Source: Clostridia bacterium
GTDB taxonomy: Bacteria; Bacillota; Clostridia; Oscillospirales; CAG-272
Assembly (NCBI GenBank): GCA_017935225.1
Contig: JAGBIA010000109.1
Coordinates: forward strand, 1-56,717
Direction: 5' to 3'
Length of the DNA stretch: 56,717 nucleotides
Below, piece after piece: positions 47,735 to 54,955 of the stretch. The position numbers were made by a program, and so were the translations under genes. Within the stretch, counting starts at the first letter, position 1; every line of letters starts with the position of its first letter. The notes below the pieces were generated by a model that had not been told where the DNA came from, made no database searches, and saw only the letters and a list, made by a program, of their open reading frames with translations.

Positions 47735-48751
47735 TTATATTACTCTGCCAACGAGATACTGCTTGTAGGTCTCGTCGGTCACTCTCTCGGTAATGGGATT
47801 TTCGATAAATCCGTGTCCGCCTTCCTCTGCGACCGTGATATACGCGTTGTTATCGTTGCTGTTGCGGTTAAAGTGAACTCTGCAGTCGCGGATGATCGAA
47901 TTGAACTTTCCGTCTACCTTGAAGCCTCTCTCGAGTCCGTCAGCCTTGTACCAATAGCAGAAGCAGTCAGCATATGTCAGTCTTGCGCCGTCTTTCATAC
48001 GGAAACCTGTCGAGAACTGATCGCTGTAGCAGTTGTTGTACCAGACCTCGTGATTTGTGTCGTCCCAGAATGCACAGCTCTCTGCGTAGCGACCTGCCAA
48101 TCCCGCGTCGTAGGTATAGAGCGGGTGGAGATTTTTGAGAAACTGCGAGGGAGCGAGTATCTTGAAACCGATCTCGATATGAGCGATGCGCATATTCGTA
48201 AAGGTGTTGTCGCAACCCTCTATCAGCACGCCGATAGACTCGGGCTGACCGTTACCCACGATATTTACGTTCATAATATCGGCATCAGAGGAATTGGAAT
48301 TTGCTCCGTGCTTGATGTGGATACCGATATGTGTATTTTTAATAGATACCTCGCGGATGAGAGTCTCTCTGCCGCTGTCGACCGAAACACCGTTAGCGAC
48401 ACCGCTACCGTCGATAATACCGCCGATAATACCGTAATTGCTTCCGTTTACGGTTATGGTATTAAAGGGCTCTGCCGCGCCAAGACGGACGATCGCCTCC
48501 TTCTCGGTCCAATCCTTTGATGCCTTTAAAGTGGCAAACTTAGACAGCTCAAGCGAGACAGCGTTTACGGGGTTCGCCGAGGTGCAGATCGGCTTTGAGA
48601 GGATATATTCGCCGTCGGGGAAATATATCGTTCTGTGCGGATTTTCGTTGATGATCTTCTGAAGCTCGTCCGAGACATCCTTTCCGGTGTTCGCCTCGAC
48701 GTAGTCTGTGACCACTACGTATCCGAATGCGTTTGCGTTGATATCCTTCAT
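47735..48751 (-). CDS. Beta-helix protein, short signal-less form, array paralog 3/16, subtype D
   Basis: ATG 48751 after AAAGGAGG (the track ORF extends to 48817). MKDINANAFGYVVVTDYVEANTGKDVSDELQKIINENPHRTIYFPDGEYILSKPICTS. Confidence 0.75.
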   Translation of the reverse strand: MKDINANAFGYVVVTDYVEANTGKDVSDELQKIINENPHRTIYFPDGEYILSKPICTSANPVNAVSLELSKFATLKASKDWTEKEAIVRLGAAEPFNTITVNGSNYGIIGGIIDGSGVANGVSVDSGRETLIREVSIKNTHIGIHIKHGANSNSSDADIMNVNIVGNGQPESIGVLIEGCDNTFTNMRIAHIEIGFKILAPSQFLKNLHPLYTYDAGLAGRYAESCAFWDDTNHEVWYNNCYSDQFSTGFRMKDGARLTYADCFCYWYKADGLERGFKVDGKFNSIIRDCRVHFNRNSNDNNAYITVAEEGGHGFIENPITERVTDETYKQYLVGRVI

Positions 48752-48793
48752 TTTTTCTACCTCCTTTTGTGGCAAATACCACTTATTGAGTTC

Positions 48794-48853
48794 ATTATAA
48801 CACACAAAAAAAAGCAAGTCAATTCCTTTTGAGAAATTGACTTGCTAAATTTT
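48794..48853 (-). promoter_or_regulatory. Terminator hairpin fused to a sigma-A promoter (module 3)
   Basis: On the minus strand: perfect 12-bp arms AGCAAGTCAATT / AATTGACTTGCT with a 10-nt loop, then T8. -35 TTGACT (rc 48817-48822), 17-nt spacer, TGtTATAAT (rc 48794-48802). Confidence 0.65.
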
Positions 48854-48868
48854 CATCAGAATTTTCTA

Positions 48869-50257
48869 TCAGCCGCCCCAGACTACCTTGCCAACAAGAT
48901 AATCCTTATATGTGTCGTCATCGCACGCGCTCTCGGGGAATGCGGGATATTCAACTATACCGTTGCCGCCCTCCTCGCCGACGATCATAAATCTGCCGTC
49001 GGTCTGCTTTTCAAGGTCAACGCGGTAGTTCTTGAGAACAGAGTTGAACTTTCCGTCGGACGCAAAGCCGTACTGCTTCTGTCCCTCTTCTTTTCTGTAC
49101 CAATAAGCATAGCAGTTGTTGTAGACCGACATAGTGTGACCGCTGGTGCGGAATCCGATAGCGAAGTTATCGGGATAGCAGATATCGTAGGTGTTACCCT
49201 CACTCGTATCCCAGAAGCCTATACTGTCGCTGTAATCGTAGTTACTTGTATAGATGAAGAGCATATGGAGATTGCGAAATATGTTATTCTTTCCGTTAGC
49301 CTTGGTAGCTACCTGGAAGCTTGCTACTCTCATATTGGTAAAGGTGTTTCCGTCGCTGTCAACGAGAACGCCGACAGAGTCGGGAAGATTGCAGCCGACG
49401 ATGTTTACCGTCTCAATATCGGCGTAGCTCGAGGGGCTCTCGTCGTTGAGCGCGATGTGAAGTCCCTGCGTAACGAACTTGATCGATACGTATCTCACCG
49501 AGGTCTCAAGTCCGCCTGCGACCTCAACTCCTCTTGCCTTATTAGAGCCGTCAATGCAGCCGCCCTCCATATAGTAGTTGCTTCCTACCTCGTCGACCGT
49601 AAATGTCTTGTCCTTGCCGCCGAGCTGGATCATATATCCGTTAGCGTCATCCCAATCAGAAGCCGCCTTGATAATAGCAAAGGTCGAAAGTCTGAGCGAT
49701 ACTGCCTTTTCGGGATCGCTCGAGGTGATAAGGGGCTTGGAGATCAGATATTCTCCGTCGGGGAAATAGATAGTGGTATTGGGGTTCTCGTCGATGATCT
49801 TCTGAAGCTCTGCGGAAACGTCCTTACGAGAATTTATTCTTATGTAATCGGTAACTACGACGTAGCCCTTAGCCTTTGCGGTCTCTGCATCAAGCTCCTC
49901 CTCGGGCTCTTCCTTGGAGGATGTCTTTTTCTCAAGCATAGAGTCTGTAATGATATCTCCCGCCTTGACGTCAGCAAGAAGCTTTCTGCCGACAGCGTCG
50001 GTCGTTTTAGCAAGATATCCCTCGGGTACTGTCGATGCATCGACCTCTACCGTCTCAAGTGCGGTAATGCCAAAGAACGAACCCGCAGCCGTGTCCTCTT
50101 TTGCCTTAACGACTCTTACAAGAAGAGTGCTCTCCTGCTCGGAGGGCTGCTGTTCTTCTCCGCCACCGTTGCAAGCGCAGAGCGCAAGCATAACTACCGC
50201 GAGCACTGTGCACACGACAGATCTGAATAATTTATTTACTGAAAATCTGTTTTTCAT
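48869..50257 (-). CDS. SAF-like / beta-helix lipoprotein, array paralog 2/16, subtype C
   Basis: Lipobox LALCA|C. LLVRVVKAKEDTAAGSF...AGDIITDSML. GYVVVTDYIRINS..TTIYFPDGEYLISKPL. C-terminus GKVVWGG. Confidence 0.75.
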   Translation of the reverse strand: MKNRFSVNKLFRSVVCTVLAVVMLALCACNGGGEEQQPSEQESTLLVRVVKAKEDTAAGSFFGITALETVEVDASTVPEGYLAKTTDAVGRKLLADVKAGDIITDSMLEKKTSSKEEPEEELDAETAKAKGYVVVTDYIRINSRKDVSAELQKIIDENPNTTIYFPDGEYLISKPLITSSDPEKAVSLRLSTFAIIKAASDWDDANGYMIQLGGKDKTFTVDEVGSNYYMEGGCIDGSNKARGVEVAGGLETSVRYVSIKFVTQGLHIALNDESPSSYADIETVNIVGCNLPDSVGVLVDSDGNTFTNMRVASFQVATKANGKNNIFRNLHMLFIYTSNYDYSDSIGFWDTSEGNTYDICYPDNFAIGFRTSGHTMSVYNNCYAYWYRKEEGQKQYGFASDGKFNSVLKNYRVDLEKQTDGRFMIVGEEGGNGIVEYPAFPESACDDDTYKDYLVGKVVWGG

Positions 50258-50275
50258 TTCTTCACCTCTTTACAA

Positions 50276-51634
50276 TCAACTGTTCCAGATTACCTTTCCT
50301 ACAAGATGGTTCATATAGCTGGTATTGTTTACCTTACTCTTATCGAATATCGGATATTGAATAACACCCTTTCCGCCCTCGGAACCGAGGTTAAGGAACA
50401 TACAATTCGAGTCCTCTCCGAACTCAGCTCTGAAGTTGGATACTATCGAGCTGAAGCGTCCGTCGGTCGCGATAGCGGTCTGTGAGGTCGCCTCGGGAGA
50501 AGTCCAGCTCGCGATACAGTCGTTCATCATATCAAGCGCTCCGCCTCTGATCCTGTAGCCCGTGCGGAAGCCCTCAGCGTGAAATCCGTCCATCCAGTTG
50601 CTTCCGTTGGAGTCGAGGAAACCTATGCTGTTGTTATAATCCCAGCTGTCTCTGTGCTCGTAGACCGCGTGTACGTTGTGCATAAGGTTTCCGCCCTTGG
50701 TAAGCTGCATTCCGATCTCAAAGCCGCTGATGCGGATGTCGGTCAGAGTGTTGTCAAGTCCGTCAACGTGAACGCCGATCGAACCGGGAAGATAGCAGCC
50801 CTCGATATCGATAGCCTCGAAGTCGCAGTCGTTAGAGCCATACACCTGATTGTACGCGATCTTGAGTCCCTGAGTTACGTTCTTGATCGAGATCTGACGG
50901 ACCGAGGTCTCACGTCCGCCCTCAAGAATAATTCCCTTTGCCTTGCGGTTACCGTCGATAATGCCGCCGTACATATAGTAGTTGCTTCCCGTCTGGCTGA
51001 TGGTAAAGGTCTCGTCTATTGCACCGAGCTGGATCATATGCTCGGCTCCGCCTCTCCAGCGGTCAGACGCCTTGATGACCGCAAAGCCCGAAAGATGCAA
51101 CGAGACCGCCTTCTGAGGATTGCTCGAGGTCATAATAGGCTTTTCTATCGTATAAACTCCGTCGGGGAAGAAGATAGTCTTTCTCGGGTTCTTGTCGATG
51201 ATCTCCTGTATCTTGTCGGTCAGGTTCTCGCCCGTGTTCGGTTCAAGATAGTCGGTGACGACCACGAATCCAAGCTTTTTTGCAAGAGGAATGGTTATAT
51301 TTGACGTATCGACTTTCTTTTTCTCAGCAAGCATAGAGTCACCGATCACGTCGCCCGCCTTAATGTCAACAAGAAACGCGCGCCCTACTATCTCGTTTGT
51401 CTTTATCAGATAATCGTCTGGGGCGAGAGATCTTTCGACTTCAACCACCTCAACATCCTTTACTCCAAGGACCTCTCCCGCCGCCGCATCGACCTTTACG
51501 CGAAGGGCCTTTACGAGCAGCTTGGGAGCCTCGGTACCTGCTTCTTCTCCGCCACCGTTGCACGAACAGCTGAAAAGCACCGTCACGGCAAGAAGTATAA
51601 AGGCAAGCGCCTTGATAACCTTTCTTTTTTTCAT
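50276..51634 (-). CDS. SAF-like / beta-helix lipoprotein, array paralog 1/16, subtype C
   Basis: Lipobox LFSCS|C. LLVKALRVKVDAAAGEV...AGDVIGDSML. GFVVVTDYLEPNTGENL..KTIFFPDGVYTIEKPI. C-terminus GKVIWNS. Confidence 0.75.
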   Translation of the reverse strand: MKKRKVIKALAFILLAVTVLFSCSCNGGGEEAGTEAPKLLVKALRVKVDAAAGEVLGVKDVEVVEVERSLAPDDYLIKTNEIVGRAFLVDIKAGDVIGDSMLAEKKKVDTSNITIPLAKKLGFVVVTDYLEPNTGENLTDKIQEIIDKNPRKTIFFPDGVYTIEKPIMTSSNPQKAVSLHLSGFAVIKASDRWRGGAEHMIQLGAIDETFTISQTGSNYYMYGGIIDGNRKAKGIILEGGRETSVRQISIKNVTQGLKIAYNQVYGSNDCDFEAIDIEGCYLPGSIGVHVDGLDNTLTDIRISGFEIGMQLTKGGNLMHNVHAVYEHRDSWDYNNSIGFLDSNGSNWMDGFHAEGFRTGYRIRGGALDMMNDCIASWTSPEATSQTAIATDGRFSSIVSNFRAEFGEDSNCMFLNLGSEGGKGVIQYPIFDKSKVNNTSYMNHLVGKVIWNS

Positions 51635-51696
51635 AGTTCTTTCCTTTCGAAAATATTTCTACTGAAAGCAGATGCGATATCTGCACATACATAATT

Positions 51697-51725
51697 ATTT
51701 TACCATAAAAAAACGATTATGTCAA
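51697..51725 (-). promoter_or_regulatory. Sigma-A promoter at the head of the beta-helix array
   Basis: On the minus strand: TTGACA (rc 51720-51725, containing the TGA stop of the ATPase gene), 17-nt spacer, TGgTAAAAT (rc 51697-51705). The leader carries the hairpin GCAGAT-ATCGC-ATCTGC. Confidence 0.55.
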
Positions 51726-53572
51726 GACAAACCTCGCATTGAATTTATGACTGCTATAACAAGCACTCCGACGTCGGCAAATATCGCAAGATCCATTCCC
51801 GCCACGCCGATCGCTACGAGCGCAAGGCAGGCTACCTTTACGCCTATCGAGAACACGATATTCTGCTTTGCTATGCGCATACATTTGCGCGAGAGCTTTA
51901 TCGCATCCGCGACCTTCGAGATGTCGTCGTCCATTATGACCACGTCAGCCGCGTCGGTCGCCGCATCCGAGCCGATACCGCCCATCGCGATACCGACGTC
52001 GGCTCTTGCGAGCACGGGCGCGTCGTTGATACCGTCGCCGACAAAGGCGACCTTGCCGCCGCTCTCCATCAATTTTTCAAGCTCTCCGACCTTGTCCTCG
52101 GGCAGAAGCGAGGCGCGCACGTCGCAGATGCCGACCTCGCGCGCCACTGCCCGTCCGACGTCCTCGCGGTCGCCCGTGAGCATTACCGTACGCACTCCGA
52201 GTCGCCCGAGCGCACTGACTGCCGCCGCCGCGTTATCCTTCGGCGCATCCGAAAGAGCTATATATCCCACAAAGACGCCACCTGCCGACACGCAAAGCAA
52301 AGTCGCACCGTCGCTCTCTTTCGCTTGGCATCCGACGAGCTCGGGGCTTCCGACTCTTACCTCGATGCCGTCGACAGTAGCCACGACTCCTCTGCCGCGC
52401 TCCTCGCGTATCTCGCTCACTCTCGCGCGGTCGATCTTTCCACCATAGGCAGAAACGATACTTTTAGCTATCGGGTGAGATGACGCGTGCTCGGCGTGAG
52501 CCGCGTATTCAAGTAAAAGCTCGCGGCTGATCCCGACCGCCTCGACCTCTCTGGGCACAAATCTGCCGCAGGTCAGCGTTCCTGTCTTGTCGGTCGCAAC
52601 ACATCTGATAGCGGCAAGCGTCTCAAGGCAGTTCGAGCCCTTGACGAGTATTCCGCGTTTACTCGCGCCGCCAAGACTCGCAAAAAAGCCCATCGGGATG
52701 CTGATGACGAGCGCACAAGGACAGCTTATAACGAGAAAGCTGAGCGCGCGATATATCCACTCGCCCACGTTCGCGTCTCTGCCCGCAAGATAAAGAGCTG
52801 TCGGCGGAATGAGCGCGAGCAAAAGTGCCGCCGCGCAGACCGCGGGAGTGTATATTTTAGCAAATTTTGATATAAACTTCTCGGACTTCGACTTGCGCGA
52901 GCTTGCGTTCTCTACAAGGTCGAGTATTCTCGCGACCGCCGACTCGCCGTAGACCTTTACCGTGCGGATGCGGAGAGGAGAGGAAAGATTGACCGACGCG
53001 CTGAGTACCTCGTCGCCCACAGATACGTCGCTCGGCATACTCTCTCCCGTGAGCGCGGAGCTGTCGATCGCCGACTCGCCACTCTCGATCACACCGTCAA
53101 TAGCAACTCGCTCGCCCGGGTTGACGACGATTATCTCGCCTATCTCTACCTCGTCGGGAGATATCTCCAAAAGCTCGCCGCCGCGCTCGACGCGCGCAAA
53201 ATCGGGGCGGATATCCATAAGCGCGGATATGCTCTTGCGGCTCTTTCCAAGCGCGATACCCTGAAAAAGCTCGCCTATCTGGTAAAATAGCATTACCGCC
53301 ACCGCTTCGGTGTAGTCTCCCCTGCCCCATATCGCGATAGCGAACGCACCGACCGTGGCTATAGCCATAAGGAAGTTCTCGTCGAGAAGCTGACCGTGTA
53401 TAAGTCCTCGCACCGCCGAGAGCAGAACGTCGTAGCCTATCACAAGATAGGGCACGAGCCAGAGGGCAAGCTCGATATACCACTTAAGCTCAAAATTGAG
53501 AATTAGAAGCGCGAGCATCCATACCGCGCTCACGATTATCCGCAGAAGCCGTTTTTTCTGTTTTCTTGTCAT
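51722..53572 (-). CDS. Heavy-metal (Cd/Zn-type) translocating P1B-type ATPase lacking an N-terminal metal-binding domain
   Basis: 616 aa. SCPCALVISIP (CPC), DKTGTLT, TGD and GDGINDAP motifs. Confidence 0.88.
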   Translation of the reverse strand: MTRKQKKRLLRIIVSAVWMLALLILNFELKWYIELALWLVPYLVIGYDVLLSAVRGLIHGQLLDENFLMAIATVGAFAIAIWGRGDYTEAVAVMLFYQIGELFQGIALGKSRKSISALMDIRPDFARVERGGELLEISPDEVEIGEIIVVNPGERVAIDGVIESGESAIDSSALTGESMPSDVSVGDEVLSASVNLSSPLRIRTVKVYGESAVARILDLVENASSRKSKSEKFISKFAKIYTPAVCAAALLLALIPPTALYLAGRDANVGEWIYRALSFLVISCPCALVISIPMGFFASLGGASKRGILVKGSNCLETLAAIRCVATDKTGTLTCGRFVPREVEAVGISRELLLEYAAHAEHASSHPIAKSIVSAYGGKIDRARVSEIREERGRGVVATVDGIEVRVGSPELVGCQAKESDGATLLCVSAGGVFVGYIALSDAPKDNAAAAVSALGRLGVRTVMLTGDREDVGRAVAREVGICDVRASLLPEDKVGELEKLMESGGKVAFVGDGINDAPVLARADVGIAMGGIGSDAATDAADVVIMDDDISKVADAIKLSRKCMRIAKQNIVFSIGVKVACLALVAIGVAGMDLAIFADVGVLVIAVINSMRGLS

Positions 53573-53574
53573 AC

Positions 53575-53793
53575 TCAGAAATAGATAACGCAGTCGCGCT
53601 CGACCTTCTTCGCCGCCTTCTGCGCCGCCTTCATAACCTTCTGCTCGTCAGCTCCGTCCGAGAAATCGACGGTCAGCTTGAGTGCCATAAAGTTCACGCT
53701 CGCGTCCTGCACGCCCTCAAGCTTTTTGATGCACTCCTCAACCTTGAGCGCACAGTTGGGGCAATCCACTTCAATTTTGTATACCTTTTTCAT
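53575..53793 (-). CDS. Stand-alone heavy-metal-associated (HMA) domain protein
   Basis: 72 aa. YKIEVDCPNCALKVEECIKKLEGVQDASVNF (CxxC ferredoxin-like HMA pattern). Its stop lies 2 nt before the ATPase ATG, in a different frame. Confidence 0.75.
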   Translation of the reverse strand: MKKVYKIEVDCPNCALKVEECIKKLEGVQDASVNFMALKLTVDFSDGADEQKVMKAAQKAAKKVERDCVIYF

Positions 53794-53839
53794 ACCAATA
53801 CCTCACATTCAATTAAATGATTGCTTAATCGTTGAATTT

Positions 53840-53868
53840 ATTATACCACATCCCCCGCCCGATGTCAA
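53840..53868 (-). promoter_or_regulatory. Sigma-A promoter of the HMA/ATPase operon, with a downstream inverted repeat
   Basis: On the minus strand: TTGACA (rc 53863-53868), 17-nt spacer, TGgTATAAT (rc 53840-53848). The ATTCAA...TTGAAT inverted repeat at 53807-53837 is a possible ArsR-family operator. Confidence 0.5.
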
Positions 53869-54016
53869 GGGTAAAAGGAGAAAAAGTTGAAAAATCAAAA
53901 CTATAGATAACGCCACAGGAAAGTTTTGATCAAACTTTTTCAAAAGTTTGTCGCGAGCCGCCGACGAAACGGCGGTCGCTCTCCGCAGAGAGCGAAATCC
54001 TGAAACGGCGTTTCTC

Positions 54017-54136
54017 TTTTGATTTTCACGTCGGCGCGTCCTGTGGACGATGAAGCCGACGCGAAAATAGAAAAAAACAAGGAGTATCGTGCGTGCGCTA
54101 CGCGTTCACGCTCGAGACGACTATGTTTTTGACCGA
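54017..54136. repeat. 120-bp intergenic repeat, copy B
   Basis: Near-identical to 26326-26445. It is embedded in a hairpin-dense 0.6-kb spacer. Confidence 0.85.
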
Positions 54137-54437
54137 TAACTTTTCTCTTTGCGCCTTTCGTGCCAAAGAGAAAAGTGGTCAATAAATATAGATATCGTTA
54201 AAAGCATCGCTCATCATAAAGACATATACACTTTTTATCCGCTTTTTCTTTTGACTCAAAAGGTGCAAAAGAAAAAGCTCAAAAAAAGAAAACACCGAAA
54301 GGAGAGTTTCGCTCGTTGCGACGAGCGACCAAGGCTCTGCCTTTGGAAACCGCAAGCCTTTGAAAAGGCTTGAGCGAAACTTTTCTGCGGTGGTTCCAAG
54401 AAATTTGGGTGGAAACTTCCATTTTTTTAATTATCCC

Positions 54438-54466
54438 TTGATATTTCACTTAAAATTTGATATAAT
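54438..54466 (+). promoter_or_regulatory. Sigma-A promoter of the arsR-family gene
   Basis: TTGATA (54438-54443), 17-nt spacer, TGaTATAAT (54458-54466). Confidence 0.55.
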
Positions 54467-54496
54467 ATATCCGATAACGTCAGAAAGGAGATAAAT

Positions 54497-54871
54497 ATGT
54501 CGATACATCTTCCGCACGACCACGGAAACGCCGAGCGCGAGGAACTTCTCGCTTCAATGTGGAGCCGTGAGAGCTTCGAGACCGTCTCAAACCTCTTCAA
54601 ACAGCTCTCGGACACGACACGCCTGCGCATTTTCTGGGTGCTCTGTCACTCCGAGGAGTGCGTTATAAATCTCGCCGCTATTATGAATATGAGCTCGCCC
54701 GCCGTGTCACATCATCTCCGCCTTCTGAAAGAAGCAGGACTCGTCGTCACGCGCAGAGAGGAAAAAGAGGTCTACTACAAGGTGGCAGACACCGAAGAAG
54801 CCGCACTTTTGCACTCTATGATCGAGCAGCTTGAGCATATGACCTGCCCCGACGAGAAAAAAAGCAACTAA
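54497..54871 (+). CDS. ArsR/SmtB-family metal-sensing transcriptional repressor (CadC-like)
   Basis: RBS AAAGGAG. LSDTTRLRIFWVLCHSEECVINLAAIMNMSSPAVSHHLRLLKEAGLV winged-HTH with Cys residues at the alpha3 position. His-rich N-terminus. Confidence 0.85.
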   Translation: MSIHLPHDHGNAEREELLASMWSRESFETVSNLFKQLSDTTRLRIFWVLCHSEECVINLAAIMNMSSPAVSHHLRLLKEAGLVVTRREEKEVYYKVADTEEAALLHSMIEQLEHMTCPDEKKSN

Positions 54872-54886
54872 ATTTGCAAAAAACTC

Positions 54887-54915
54887 TTGATTTCACGCAA
54901 AGTTTATTATATAAT
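54887..54915 (+). promoter_or_regulatory. Sigma-A promoter of asnA
   Basis: TTGATT (54887-54892), 17-nt spacer, TATAAT (54910-54915). Confidence 0.5.
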
Positions 54916-54955
54916 TATATGGTTATTTCCGTTATTTGAAAGGACACTTTTTACG

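Noticed and set aside
53940-54373. Track ORFs 53940-54182(-) and 54149-54373(+) in the cad/arsR spacer; also 172-447(+), 28520-28756(-), 28524-28790(+) and 56432-56677(+).
   Set aside because: They lie entirely in repeat or hairpin DNA, or over the tRNA gene. They lack RBSs and encode Arg/Lys-rich nonsense typical of translated structured DNA.
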